64,000 nucleotides of DNA from an uncultured Methanosarcinales archaeon (GTDB lineage: Archaea; Nanobdellota; Nanobdellia; Woesearchaeales; BS150m-G63), in NCBI GenBank assembly GCA_964630685.1, contig CAZVVW010000002.1:25559-89558 (forward strand), in the 5' to 3' direction. The notes under the pieces were generated by a model that was given only the letters and a program-made list of their open reading frames with translations, ran no database searches and was not told the origin of the DNA. This document shows, in pieces, positions 21,222-31,006 of this stretch. Both the position numbers and the translations under genes were made by a program. The number at the start of each line of letters is the position of its first letter. Positions within the stretch are counted from its first letter, which is position 1.

Positions 21222-21779
21222 TTATTTTTTTTCTATTTTTTTCCCTAAAAGTTCCTGTCTTTTTAGAATTCTTCTTTGTTTTTCTAACCAATTATAAACA
21301 TTTGCATGGGGACTTCCACCGAGTAAAGATTCAATTGCTCTTCTTGCTAATGCAACGTTTTCTTGAAGGCCAATAACACCAATTGTTTTTCCATATACTG
21401 AAATATTTGTTTCGGTAAGTTCTTCTATATGACTTCTTGATTTCCCTTCATTACCTATGACTCTTCCTTTTAGTCTTATAGAATCATTTTTTGTTTTGGC
21501 AAAATCATTTATATTGATTAATTCAAAAATATAATCTGGTTTGAGAGTAAGAAAAGCAATATCTGGATTAAATCCCCTTCCAATTGCTTTGATAACTTCT
21601 CTTACACTGAATAAAGAAAGGGCATCATCACCATCAATAAATACATCTCCATCTTTAGAATCTACAGTTATTTTACTTTTAGTTATTTCTTCTAATTCTT
21701 TTTTAGTTTCTCCTTTTTTACCTATTAAAATTGCCACTCTTTCTTTAGGAATTTTTAATTCATGGGAATATTGAGCCAT
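21222..21779 (-). CDS. Two-KH-domain RNA-binding protein (archaeal Dim2/Pno1-like)
   Basis: Two KH GxxG-type motifs (IGKKGETKK, IGNEGKSRSHIE). Conserved pairing with the Rio kinase gene immediately upstream. Confidence 0.7.
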   Translation of the reverse strand: MAQYSHELKIPKERVAILIGKKGETKKELEEITKSKITVDSKDGDVFIDGDDALSLFSVREVIKAIGRGFNPDIAFLTLKPDYIFELININDFAKTKNDSIRLKGRVIGNEGKSRSHIEELTETNISVYGKTIGVIGLQENVALARRAIESLLGGSPHANVYNWLEKQRRILKRQELLGKKIEKK

Positions 21780-21801
21780 TTTATAGTTGTTTCATCTTGT
21801 T

Positions 21802-22512
21802 TTATTTAGTTTTAGTTATCTTATTTTGTATTTTTTCTTTATCTATTTTTAAACCTTGCTTTTTGAAGAATCTAAATATGTTTTTTACGTCTCTTTCTAC
21901 CCATTCTTGAGCTATGGGGTTTTCAAGAGATGTTGCTTGAGATAAATCAATGAAAACTGGATAATCATTATAGTTTAATATATTGAATTCAGATAAATCT
22001 GAGTGAACATATTTGTTTTGATGTAATATTCTCATGTAATCTATTGTTTTATTGAAAAATTTTTTGATATCTTGAGGAATCATATCTTTTAATTTTGGGG
22101 CAGCTTCTTCATCCCCTATGAATTCCATTATCAATACATTATTTAGCACAGTTATTGGTTTGGGCACTTTGATCCCCATTTGCCTTATTTTTAACATATT
22201 ATAATATTCTCTTTTTGCCCATGCAAAAATTACTTTTCTTCTTTGTTTTTTTAGATTATCAAATCTTGGATCTGTTCTTATGTATTCATACATTCTATTA
22301 AAATCACAAGTTTCAAGACGATAGATTTTTACAGCGACTTTTTTATTATTTTTTGTTAAGGCAGAAAACACTTGAGCTTCTTTCCCTATAGATATTGGGC
22401 TTTGAAGACCTTCAATATGGCCTCTAGTGATCAATCTAAATAAAGTTCTATTTGTGAATTCATCAAATACCCCTCCATAGGTTTTGAATTTTTCTCTTGT
22501 TATTTTAGTCAT
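21802..22512 (-). CDS. rio1: RIO-type serine protein kinase (Rio1-like)
   Basis: SIGKEAQVF glycine loop, VAVKIYR lysine, HSDLSEFNIL catalytic loop; 236 aa with no N-terminal wHTH. Confidence 0.8.
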   Translation of the reverse strand: MTKITREKFKTYGGVFDEFTNRTLFRLITRGHIEGLQSPISIGKEAQVFSALTKNNKKVAVKIYRLETCDFNRMYEYIRTDPRFDNLKKQRRKVIFAWAKREYYNMLKIRQMGIKVPKPITVLNNVLIMEFIGDEEAAPKLKDMIPQDIKKFFNKTIDYMRILHQNKYVHSDLSEFNILNYNDYPVFIDLSQATSLENPIAQEWVERDVKNIFRFFKKQGLKIDKEKIQNKITKTK

Positions 22513-22632
22513 TTTAAGGGTTTTTATATAAATAAGTAAAATTGAGTGTTTTATAAGCTATATTCTTTATTAAAATGACAACATTTATAAACCTTAGTTA
22601 TTTATAATTTTTCATTCAATTGCTTAAATTGA

Positions 22633-22709
22633 GGCCCGTCACGAGAGTTACTCAATGGAGCTACGGCAAAGCCAAGCAATGAGCTTGGGAGTTCGTGTTT
22701 CGGGCTACA
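22633..22709 (+). ncRNA. GC-rich structured element in an otherwise AT-rich intergenic region; candidate single-hairpin H/ACA-like sRNA. Strand uncertain
   Basis: GCCCG..CACGA ... TCGTG..CGGGC closing stems and an inner CCAAGC-AATGA-GCTTGG hairpin. An ACA trinucleotide lies 2 nt 3' of the basal stem. Not compatible with a tRNA cloverleaf. Confidence 0.3.
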
Positions 22710-23018
22710 ATTATACTCATAAATAACAAAATAGAACAAGTAAATTATTATCATTATTATTAATTATTAAATTGTTTGTTGGGGAAAATAGGCCCTTGGT
22801 ATTTAGTAAATATGGAATCTTGTTCTATTTAAAATTGAATAAAATAATATAAAGTTAGAGTAAGTGAATAAGTTAAATAAATCAAAAGCTGTAAGAAAGG
22901 TATCATTATGTTTATCCATTATCCATCATTTGATTATTGGGAATATTTGTTTAAAGAGGATACTATTTCTGATTAAAGCAGCTTTAATATGAACTTATAA
23001 AATTACTGGAGGAAAAAA

Positions 23019-23048
23019 CAAGAAGACTTATTTCATTCGTCTTCAAGG
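23019..23048 (+). promoter_or_regulatory. Conserved hairpin motif CAAGAAGAC-N11-GTCTTCAAGG in the dnaG 5' leader (copy 2 of 3)
   Basis: Same asymmetric motif as at 26141..26166 and 42198..42221 (minus). It lies 36 nt upstream of the dnaG ATG and precedes a GGAGGT Shine-Dalgarno sequence. Confidence 0.5.
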
Positions 23049-23084
23049 TTTTTATAACCTCTCTAACTTTCGGAGGTAAAAAAC

Positions 23085-24365
23085 ATGGGAAAAATAAGTC
23101 CAGTAGCTGCAAAATATGTTGTACACGCTACTATTAAAATTGAAGGAGTTGTTAATAGACCTGATGTTGTTGGGGCCATATTTGGTCAAACAGAAGGATT
23201 ATTAGGATCAGATTTAGAATTAAGAGAATTACAAAGATCAGGAAGGATAGGAAGAATTGAAGTTAGTGTAGATACTAAAGGTGGAAAAACCGAAGGTAAA
23301 ATTGATGTTCCGTCTTCTTTAGATAAAGCAGAAACATCCCTTATTGGTGCAGCTTTAGAAATTATTCAAAGAATAGGTCCTTGTAATGCTAAGATTAAAA
23401 TTGATGGTGTCGAAGATGTTAGAGCTTCAAAACGTGGGGCCGTAATAAAAAGGGCTAAAGAATTATTAAGAAATATGATGGATGACGTCATGCCTGATAG
23501 TTTAGAGTTGGCTAATGAAGTTACTCATTCTGTAAGAGTTATGGATATCCAAGAATATGGAAAAGATAGATTAGCTGCAGGACCAGGAATAGGTGAATCT
23601 GACGAAGTTATTGTTGTTGAAGGCAGAGCAGATGTGTTAAATCTGTTAAAATATGGTATAAAAAATACTATTGCTGTTAACGGGACTTCTATTCCAGAAA
23701 CAGTTATTGGATTAAGTAAAGAAAAGACAATTACTGTGTTTGTTGATGGTGATCGTGGTGGAAAATTAATAATCAAAGAATTATTTGCAGTTGCAGATTT
23801 AGATTATGTTACCATGGCTCCTGATGGGAAAGAAGTTGAAGAGCTTACAAAGAAAGAAATACACCAAGCTTTGAGAAGTAAGATGACTGCAGAACAAGCA
23901 AAGTTAGAATTATTTAAACCTACTAAATCTACCAGTAGATCTATTGGGCAAACTAGGACAACTAGGCTTGTACGAAAACCTATACAGAGAACTTCAACTC
24001 ATCAAAGAACTCCTACTAGAAGACCTGCTCAACCTATAAGGCGTGCACCAGTTCCAAGAAAAGTGAGAATAAGTGTTGATGAAAAGAAATCTTTTAATGA
24101 TTTACTTAATGATTTAGTTGGAACACGTGGAGCTTCTATTTTGGATAAAAATTTAGAAGTTTTAGGAAAAGTACCTATAACTGAACTTTCTACTACTATC
24201 AAAAGTTTAGGTTCTGGAACTTATGCAGTTGTACTTGATGGAGTTATAGATAGTAATTTAGTTTATGCTGCAGAAAGGTCTGGAATTAAATTTTTAGTTG
24301 CTAGAGAAAGTAAGGTTAAGCCAACTGATAGTAGGGTTGGGATACTTGTTGCTGGAGATTTTTAG
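23085..24365 (+). CDS. dnaG: Archaeal DnaG-type primase (TOPRIM domain)
   Basis: N-terminal archaeal DnaG signature ([29 protein letters not shown]). [15 protein letters not shown] ... DGDRGG. Arg-rich linker. Confidence 0.85.
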   Translation: MGKISPVAAKYVVHATIKIEGVVNRPDVVGAIFGQTEGLLGSDLELRELQRSGRIGRIEVSVDTKGGKTEGKIDVPSSLDKAETSLIGAALEIIQRIGPCNAKIKIDGVEDVRASKRGAVIKRAKELLRNMMDDVMPDSLELANEVTHSVRVMDIQEYGKDRLAAGPGIGESDEVIVVEGRADVLNLLKYGIKNTIAVNGTSIPETVIGLSKEKTITVFVDGDRGGKLIIKELFAVADLDYVTMAPDGKEVEELTKKEIHQALRSKMTAEQAKLELFKPTKSTSRSIGQTRTTRLVRKPIQRTSTHQRTPTRRPAQPIRRAPVPRKVRISVDEKKSFNDLLNDLVGTRGASILDKNLEVLGKVPITELSTTIKSLGSGTYAVVLDGVIDSNLVYAAERSGIKFLVARESKVKPTDSRVGILVAGDF

Positions 24366-25222
24366 CTGAGCAGAATCAGAAATAAATTTCCATGAATCAT
24401 AGTGACTATAAATGCTATTAAGAAAGATGGAACAAAAGGCATTCCATCTTTTATTAATATTTTTTTTATTTCCCCTTTTTTCCATAATTTAATTAATTTC
24501 TTTATTTGAGCTTCTTCAATACCTAAATCTTTTGGACCACAGATGTATTCTTTGTTAATTTTGATGTCTTTTACTATCCAGTCTCCTTCAGTTAGTTTGT
24601 CTGGAGTGACATACTTGTACATACATACTTTTTCAACTGCTTTTACAAATGCCCAAAGATAATAAGTGAAGTTTATTAGTAATACAAGCACTATCATAGG
24701 GATTATTACTGCAGGATTTCTTGAAAGAGCTAATAGTGTTGCAAAAATTAAAGAAACTACTAGTAAGTAAATTCTAGTCTTTTTTAATTTTTTATTTTTT
24801 AATATTTTTTTAAATGTTTTTGAAAATTCTTTTTTGTTTTTTATTGCTAAAGTGGTGCTCCAAATTAGCCCATAGATAGATCCTATTAACATAATATTTA
24901 TGAAAAATCCAAGTAAAAAATTATTGATTGTTAAATCTAACCCAATCAATGCCCCTAAACCCATTATCATCTTGCTATCTCCACCACCCCATTGACCCAG
25001 ACGATACATGAGATATCCTACTACTAAGAATGTCAGAAAACCAAGTAAACTTTTTATAATAAAAGAAGGATTTTTGAAGATTATTGAATAAATTGTATGA
25101 ATGCTCAATCCTGTGAAGATTAAAGAATAATTAAGCCAGTCAGGCACTTCTCTTGTTTTTAGGTCTGTAAATGAACCTATTATTAGAGCAACAATGCAAA
25201 TTGAGATAATTATTGGAAGCAT
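24362..25222 (-). CDS. A24-family type IV prepilin / preflagellin peptidase (PibD/FlaK-like) with a C-terminal extension
   Basis: Two catalytic Asp motifs ([11 protein letters not shown] and GGGDSKM). Polytopic TM protein. Confidence 0.7.
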   Translation of the reverse strand: MLPIIISICIVALIIGSFTDLKTREVPDWLNYSLIFTGLSIHTIYSIIFKNPSFIIKSLLGFLTFLVVGYLMYRLGQWGGGDSKMIMGLGALIGLDLTINNFLLGFFINIMLIGSIYGLIWSTTLAIKNKKEFSKTFKKILKNKKLKKTRIYLLVVSLIFATLLALSRNPAVIIPMIVLVLLINFTYYLWAFVKAVEKVCMYKYVTPDKLTEGDWIVKDIKINKEYICGPKDLGIEEAQIKKLIKLWKKGEIKKILIKDGMPFVPSFLIAFIVTMIHGNLFLILLS

Positions 25223-25307
25223 ACTCTAATCACCTTTTTTATTCTATAGTGAAAAACTTTATAAAGTTTTGTGCTATATTATGTGTGTAAGGGGGGAGCG
25301 TTGATGA

Positions 25308-26015
25308 ATGTTAGATTTAAAGAAGAAAGTAGAAAAATCAAAGAATATTCCTAAACATATTGCTATTTCTATTAGGGGAGTTCGCGAATGGGCAGAAAAA
25401 AAGAAAAAAAATCTGAAGATTGCTCATAAAGAAAGTTTCCTTGCAATAAAAAAATTAATAGGGTTACAAACTAAATTAGATATACCTGTATTAACGTTTG
25501 ATTTATTACCATCCAAAGCAAAAAAAAGAGAAGATTTTCAAGAGATTATTGAATATTTGACTGAATTTTTTAGTGATTTAAGAGAATGGGAATTCATAGA
25601 AGAAAATCAAATTAAAATATCTGTATTAGGTAAATGGTATGATCTTTCAGGTGGATTGGTAGAGGAAATTAAAGACTTAACAATGGAAACCAAAGATTAT
25701 GATAGGTTTTTTGTTAATTTTTGTATTAATTATTGTGGGCAAGAAGAAATAGTTGATGCATTTAGAATTATAGCAAGAAAAGTTAGGGGGGATATACTTG
25801 ATCCAGATGCTATAACTCAAGAAGAAGTAAAAGATAATCTTTATAGTTCTTATTTTGTGCCTCCCGATACTATTTTATTGACTGGGGGAAAGAAAAATTT
25901 AGATGGTTTTTTGTTGTGGGATTGTGTTGGTTCTAGAATTGTTTTTTCTGATAAATTGTGGCCAGAATTTAAAGATGTTGATTTTATAGAAATAATCCAA
26001 AAGCTTTTTAAATAA
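25308..26015 (+). CDS. cis-prenyltransferase (UppS) fold protein with divergent catalytic motifs
   Basis: N-terminal PKHIAISIRGVREWA aligns with the UppS HxAIIMDGNRRWA motif but has RGV in place of DGN. The C-terminal LLTGGKKNLDGFLLWD aligns with RTSGE.RLSNFLLWQ. Confidence 0.5.
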   Translation: MLDLKKKVEKSKNIPKHIAISIRGVREWAEKKKKNLKIAHKESFLAIKKLIGLQTKLDIPVLTFDLLPSKAKKREDFQEIIEYLTEFFSDLREWEFIEENQIKISVLGKWYDLSGGLVEEIKDLTMETKDYDRFFVNFCINYCGQEEIVDAFRIIARKVRGDILDPDAITQEEVKDNLYSSYFVPPDTILLTGGKKNLDGFLLWDCVGSRIVFSDKLWPEFKDVDFIEIIQKLFK

Positions 26016-26039
26016 ACCTGTTTTTCTAGTATTTAACCT

Positions 26040-26093
26040 GTGATTGATGAAGGCTTTGGCCTGAATGAGGGGTTTTCTAATCCCAATCATCAC
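26040..26093 (+). promoter_or_regulatory. K-turn / C-D-box-like element upstream of the L7Ae gene
   Basis: GTGAT...ATCAC terminal complementarity enclosing TGATGA, CTGA and ATGAGG motifs. Archaeal L7Ae autoregulation via a 5'-UTR K-turn is established. Confidence 0.3.
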
Positions 26094-26140
26094 TTAAATT
26101 AAAAAAACTTAATATTGAGGGAGAAAATAAGGCAAGAAGT

Positions 26141-26166
26141 AAGAAGACTTAAAAAACGTCTTCAAG
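26141..26166 (+). promoter_or_regulatory. Conserved hairpin motif AAGAAGAC-N9-GTCTTCAAG in the L7Ae leader (copy 3 of 3)
   Basis: Direct reading: taagaagacttaaaaaacgtcttcaag. Followed by a GGAGG Shine-Dalgarno and the ATG at 26191. Confidence 0.5.
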
Positions 26167-26190
26167 TCTTATTCCTTGGAGGAAAATAAG

Positions 26191-26526
26191 ATGAGTGAAT
26201 TATCAAAAGAACTTATAGATAATGTGTTTGAAGCAATTGAAATTGTAAAAGGTACTGGAAAACTTCATAAAGGAGTTAATGAGGTTACTAAAGTTATTGA
26301 AAGGGGCGATGCTAAATTAGTTGTGGTGGCTGGAGATATTAGTCCTGCAGAAATTACTATGCATTTACCATTACTTTCAAAAGAAAAAGGAATAAAGTGC
26401 GTTACTGTTGATAAGAAAGAAGAACTTGGAGCAGCTGCAGGATTGGGAGTTTCTACTGCTGCAGTAGCAATAGTGAAAGAAGGAGACGCAAAAGATTTGA
26501 TTAAAAAAATAAATAGTCAACTATAG
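26191..26526 (+). CDS. rpl7ae: Ribosomal protein L7Ae. The start is taken at the ATG with a GGAGG Shine-Dalgarno; the ORF track begins at TTG 26176
   Basis: KLVVVAGDISP..ITMHLPLLSKEKGIKCVTV..KEELGAAAG matches the L7Ae/L30e fold. Confidence 0.85.
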   Translation: MSELSKELIDNVFEAIEIVKGTGKLHKGVNEVTKVIERGDAKLVVVAGDISPAEITMHLPLLSKEKGIKCVTVDKKEELGAAAGLGVSTAAVAIVKEGDAKDLIKKINSQL

Positions 26527-26533
26527 TTAGAAA

Positions 26534-26827
26534 ATGGAACCAGATAAAAAACCAGAAAGAAAACGAGATAGGGATCAGAAGAAAGGCGGAGATAAAGATA
26601 AAAATATACTTAGGTTTTCTCATGCTGTCCCTGCAAGAGTTGAAGAAGTAGTTGGTAGGACAGGTAAAAGAGGAGAAGCAACCCAAGTTAGGTGCAAAGT
26701 GCTTGATGGGAGAGATAGTGGTAAAACTTTAAGGAGGAATGTCAAGGGGCCCATTAGGAAAGGAGACACATTAATGTTAAGAGAAACAGAAATAGAAGCT
26801 CATAGTTTGACAAAAGGAAGAAAATGA
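26534..26827 (+). CDS. rps28e: Ribosomal protein S28e with a K/D-rich N-terminal extension
   Basis: [51 protein letters not shown] is the S28e core. Confidence 0.85.
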   Translation: MEPDKKPERKRDRDQKKGGDKDKNILRFSHAVPARVEEVVGRTGKRGEATQVRCKVLDGRDSGKTLRRNVKGPIRKGDTLMLRETEIEAHSLTKGRK

Positions 26828-27003
26828 AATGTACATTTTGTGGTAAAATTATTAAAAAAGGAACTGGTAAGATTTATGCTAAAAAAGATGGCAAAATATT
26901 TAATTTTTGTTCATCTAAGTGTGAAAAAAATATATTAAAACTTGGCAGGAAACCTATTTTTACTAGATGGACTGAATATTTTAAAAAGGAAAAAGAAAGG
27001 TGA
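26824..27003 (+). CDS. rpl24e: Ribosomal protein L24e (59 aa; absent from the ORF track)
   Basis: Hand translation gives [44 protein letters not shown]..., the C4 zinc-ribbon L24e. ATGA overlap with S28e. Confidence 0.8.
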   Translation: MKCTFCGKIIKKGTGKIYAKKDGKIFNFCSSKCEKNILKLGRKPIFTRWTEYFKKEKER

Positions 27004-27009
27004 TTAAAA

Positions 27010-27501
27010 ATGATGGAGAGAACTTTAATTTTATTAAAACCTGATGCTATACAGCGTGGATTAATGGGTAAAATAATTACTAGATTTGAAGACGCTGGAA
27101 TTAAAGTTATTGGGATGAAAATGGTGTGGACAGACGAAGAATTTGCTAAAAAACACTACACTGAAGATATTGCTAAGAGAAGGGGGGAAAAAGTAAGAGA
27201 ACAGTTATTACAATTTATCAGAGATGGACCTGTAGTTGCAATGTGCCTCGAAGGTATACAAGTGATTGAAAATGTTAGAAAAATGGTTGGGGGAACTGAA
27301 CCTAAATCAGCTCAACCTGGTACAATAAGGGGGGATTTTGCACATATGAGTTTTAGTTACGCTGATAAGACAGAAAAAGCAATCCCAAATTTAATTCATG
27401 CTTCCGGAGATAAAAAAGACGCAGAATATGAAGTTAAATTATGGTTTACTGAAGAAGAATTGCATAGCTACACAACAGTGCATGAATTGCATGTGTTTTG
27501 A
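27010..27501 (+). CDS. ndk: Nucleoside diphosphate kinase
   Basis: ERTLILLKPDAIQRGL ... NLIHASGD active-site His region. Confidence 0.85.
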   Translation: MMERTLILLKPDAIQRGLMGKIITRFEDAGIKVIGMKMVWTDEEFAKKHYTEDIAKRRGEKVREQLLQFIRDGPVVAMCLEGIQVIENVRKMVGGTEPKSAQPGTIRGDFAHMSFSYADKTEKAIPNLIHASGDKKDAEYEVKLWFTEEELHSYTTVHELHVF

Positions 27502-27522
27502 TTTTGAATGGAGGTTTAGAAG

Positions 27523-29694
27523 ATGGCAGAAAAAATGAGTGAAAAGGTGATGAGGATTTCTAATAATCCTGAAAATATTAGAAATATTGGTATTTGTGCA
27601 CATATTGATCATGGAAAAACAACTTTTTCCGATAATTTACTTGCTGGGGCAGGTATGATGAGTGAAGAGTTAGCTGGAAAACAGTTAGCTTTAGATTTTC
27701 ATGAAGATGAAGCAGAAAGGGGAATTACAATCGATACTGCTGCAGTATCTATGGTTCATACAATTGAAAATAAAGAATTTTTAATTAATTTACTCGATAC
27801 TCCAGGACACGTTGATTTTGGTGGAGACGTAACTCGAGCTATGAGGGCAGTTGATGGAGCAATTGTGTTGTCTTGTGCTGTTGAAGGGATAATGCCTCAA
27901 ACAGAAACTGTGTTAAGACAAGCTTTGAGGGAAAGAGTAAAACCAATTTTGTTTATTAACAAAGTTGATAGGTTGATTAAAGAATTAAAACTAACTCCTG
28001 AAGCTATGCAAGAGAGATTTATGAAAGTTATTTTTGGTGTAAATAAACTAATTATGGAGATTGCTGAGAAAGAATATGGAAAGAAATGGCAAGTGAATGT
28101 ACAAGATGGAAGTGTTTGTTTTGGAAGTGCGTTCCATAATTGGGCTTTATCTGTAGATTACATGAAGAAGAAGAATATAAGTTTTAAAGATATTATTGAC
28201 GCCTATGAAAATGATACTTGGAAAGAATTGGCGAAAAAGGCTCCTTTACATGAAGTTGTTTTGGATGCAGTAATTGATCATTTACCAGATCCAGTTACAG
28301 CTCAAGCTTATAGAGTGCCAAAAATTTGGCATGGAGATTTAGAAAGTACAGAAGGAAAATCTTTACTTGCTTGTGATCCTAAAGGTCCACTTTATTTTGT
28401 GATTAATAAGATTGTTGTAGATCCTCAAGCAGGAGAAATTTCTGCTGGGAGATTATTTTCTGGAACTATGAAAAAAGGAACAGAAGTTTATTTGAATAGG
28501 GGGAACAAGCCAGCAAGAATTCAACAAGTTTATGTTTATAATGGGGCAAAAAAAGATATTGTTGATGAAATTCCTGCTGGAAGTATTATAGGTGTTGGTG
28601 GTTTAAAATCTTCTCCAGGGGAGACAGTTACAATAACTCCTTCAGAACCTTTTGAAGAGATTACCCATATTTTTGATCCTGTTATTACTAAAGCTATCGA
28701 AGCTAAGAAAGCAAGTGATTTGCCTAAATTGATTGAAGTATTAAGACAAATTGTTAAAGAAGATCCTTCAATTAAAATAGAAATTAATGAAGAAACAGGT
28801 GAACATTTAATGCATGGAATGGGTGAACTTCATTTAGAAATTATTGAAAATAGGATTAAAAGTGAAAAAGGATTAGATATCCAAACTTCTCCGCCTGTTG
28901 TTGTTTATAGGGAAACAATAAACAAACCAGGACAAGAATGTGAAGGTAAAAGTCCAAATAAACATAATAAGCTTTATTTTGTTGTAGAACCATTAAATGA
29001 ACAAATTTCTGAACTTATTAAGAAAGGGGAAATACCTCAAGCAAGAATCAAGAAAAAAGACCTTGAAATAAGAAATAAATTTGTAGAATGTGGTATGGAA
29101 ACTAAAGTTGCTGATAAAGTTAAAGATATTTTTGAAGGAAATATTTTGATAGATAAAACCAGAGGTATTGTGCATATTGGAGAAATCATGGAAATGGTTT
29201 TAGATATGTTTGAAGATGTTATGAAAGCAGGTCCTTTGGCTAGAGAACCATCTGTTAAAATGCAAGTTAGTTTAATGGATTGTAAATTGCACGAAGACGC
29301 AATCCATAGGGGTCCTGCACAATTATATCCTGCTGTAAGAGAAGGTATAAGGGGATCTATTATGACTGCTAATCCTGTGTTGTTTGAACCTAAACAAATA
29401 TTGAGGATAGAAACTCCTGATGAACATATGGGTGATGTGTCTAAGTTGATTAGTAATAAACGAGGACAATTGCTTGAGATGAGTCAAGAAGAAGGATTGA
29501 CAATAATAAATGCTAAATTGCCTGTTGCAGAAATGATTGGATGGAGTTCTGATCTTAGATCTGCTACTGGTGGAAGGGGAATATCATCATTGATTGATCA
29601 GATGTTTGAGAAATTACCTGAAGAAATGCAGAAAAAGATAAGAGACCAGATAGTTAGTAGAAAAGGACTCACAGAAGCTGCACTTGGTGCTTAA
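27523..29694 (+). CDS. fusA: Translation elongation factor 2 (aEF-2)
   Basis: G-domain AHIDHGKTT, DTPGHVDF, NKVD. Domain IV diphthamide region HEDAIHRG. Confidence 0.9.
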   Translation: MAEKMSEKVMRISNNPENIRNIGICAHIDHGKTTFSDNLLAGAGMMSEELAGKQLALDFHEDEAERGITIDTAAVSMVHTIENKEFLINLLDTPGHVDFGGDVTRAMRAVDGAIVLSCAVEGIMPQTETVLRQALRERVKPILFINKVDRLIKELKLTPEAMQERFMKVIFGVNKLIMEIAEKEYGKKWQVNVQDGSVCFGSAFHNWALSVDYMKKKNISFKDIIDAYENDTWKELAKKAPLHEVVLDAVIDHLPDPVTAQAYRVPKIWHGDLESTEGKSLLACDPKGPLYFVINKIVVDPQAGEISAGRLFSGTMKKGTEVYLNRGNKPARIQQVYVYNGAKKDIVDEIPAGSIIGVGGLKSSPGETVTITPSEPFEEITHIFDPVITKAIEAKKASDLPKLIEVLRQIVKEDPSIKIEINEETGEHLMHGMGELHLEIIENRIKSEKGLDIQTSPPVVVYRETINKPGQECEGKSPNKHNKLYFVVEPLNEQISELIKKGEIPQARIKKKDLEIRNKFVECGMETKVADKVKDIFEGNILIDKTRGIVHIGEIMEMVLDMFEDVMKAGPLAREPSVKMQVSLMDCKLHEDAIHRGPAQLYPAVREGIRGSIMTANPVLFEPKQILRIETPDEHMGDVSKLISNKRGQLLEMSQEEGLTIINAKLPVAEMIGWSSDLRSATGGRGISSLIDQMFEKLPEEMQKKIRDQIVSRKGLTEAALGA

Positions 29695-29789
29695 GTTTAG
29701 AATAAGTAATAAGGTTTATATATAACAATAGGTTAGTTATATTAGAACTATTTAAAAAAGAGAGGGAGAACCTTTGAGGTGGAGATAAA

Positions 29790-31004
29790 GTGGAAGAATT
29801 TATTAAAGATTCATTAGAAAAGGAAGATGAGAACATCTATTCTTTTTCAGAAGATAAACTAGATTCAGAACCATTCAAAAGTGAGCCTGAACCTGAACCT
29901 ATTGCTAAGCCTGAACCAGAACCAGTTAGAGAAGTGCCCCAAGCACCAATTAGAAAAGCAGATACAGATAAAGAATTAGAAGATATTTTGTCTAAACAAC
30001 AAGCAACAATTAAAGTTGTTGGTGCAGGTGGAGCAGGAAATAACACTATAAACCGGATAAGTGAAGTGGGAGTTACTGGAGCTGAAATAATTGCAATTAA
30101 TACTGATGCGCAAGATTTACTATACACTACTGCTGATAAAAAATTATTGATAGGGAGAGAAGTCACCAAAGGATTGGGGGCTGGAAGTGTACCTAAGGTT
30201 GGCGAAGAAGCAGCTAAAGAAAGTGAAAGAGAAATTAAAGAAGCATTAGCTGGCGGAGATATGGTATTTATTACCTGTGGTCTTGGTGGTGGAACAGGTA
30301 CAGGAAGCGCACCTATTATAGCAGAAATTGCAAAGAAAAGCGGTGCTTTGACTGTGGGTATTGTCACAATTCCATTTGGAATGGAAGGTCAAAGAAGATA
30401 TGATAATGCGCTTTATGGATTGGAAAGATTAGAGAGTATGGTTGATACTTTAATTGTTATACCTAATGATAAATTATTAGAATTAGCACCTGATTTACCC
30501 TTGCAAACAGCATTTAGGGTAGCAGATGAAATATTAACAAATGCAGTGAAAGGAATTGCCGAACTTGTTACTAAAGCAGGTTTAATTAACCTTGATTTTG
30601 CAGATATTAAAACTGTTATGAATGATGGTGGAGTTGCATTGATCGGGTTAGGTGAATCAGATACTACAGATAGAGCTGTTGAAGCTGTTGAGAAAGCAAT
30701 AACAAATCCATTATTAGATGTTGATATTAGTGGAGCTACAGGGGCTTTGATTAATGTTACTGGTGGTAATGATATGAGTCTTGAAGAAGCAAGAAAAGTT
30801 GTTGAGACAGTTTCAGAGAAAATAGATCCAGATGCAAAATTAATCTGGGGAGCACAGATACAAGAGGATTTACAAAGTACATTGAGAACTATGCTCATAA
30901 TTACTGGCGTAAAGTCTTCTCAAATATTTGGTCCTGGAAGAAGAATATCTGAAAAAAGAAAGAAAGATATAGAGGATGAACTTGGAATAGAGTTTGTAGA
31001 TTAA
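29790..31004 (+). CDS. ftsZ: Cell division GTPase FtsZ with an acidic/Pro-rich N-terminal extension
   Basis: VVGAGGAGNNTINR tubulin signature; GGGTGTGSAP T4 loop. Confidence 0.9.
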   Translation: MEEFIKDSLEKEDENIYSFSEDKLDSEPFKSEPEPEPIAKPEPEPVREVPQAPIRKADTDKELEDILSKQQATIKVVGAGGAGNNTINRISEVGVTGAEIIAINTDAQDLLYTTADKKLLIGREVTKGLGAGSVPKVGEEAAKESEREIKEALAGGDMVFITCGLGGGTGTGSAPIIAEIAKKSGALTVGIVTIPFGMEGQRRYDNALYGLERLESMVDTLIVIPNDKLLELAPDLPLQTAFRVADEILTNAVKGIAELVTKAGLINLDFADIKTVMNDGGVALIGLGESDTTDRAVEAVEKAITNPLLDVDISGATGALINVTGGNDMSLEEARKVVETVSEKIDPDAKLIWGAQIQEDLQSTLRTMLIITGVKSSQIFGPGRRISEKRKKDIEDELGIEFVD

Positions 31005-31006
31005 AG

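Noticed and set aside
22633-22709. GC-rich island as a tRNA or 5S rRNA
   Set aside because: Only 5 bp of acceptor-like pairing, no T-loop and no cloverleaf. It is far too short for 5S, SRP or RNase P RNA.
29837-30898. 176-aa and 161-aa minus-strand ORFs within ftsZ
   Set aside because: Antisense to a well-supported ftsZ gene; Ser/Pro/Ala-rich mirror translation.
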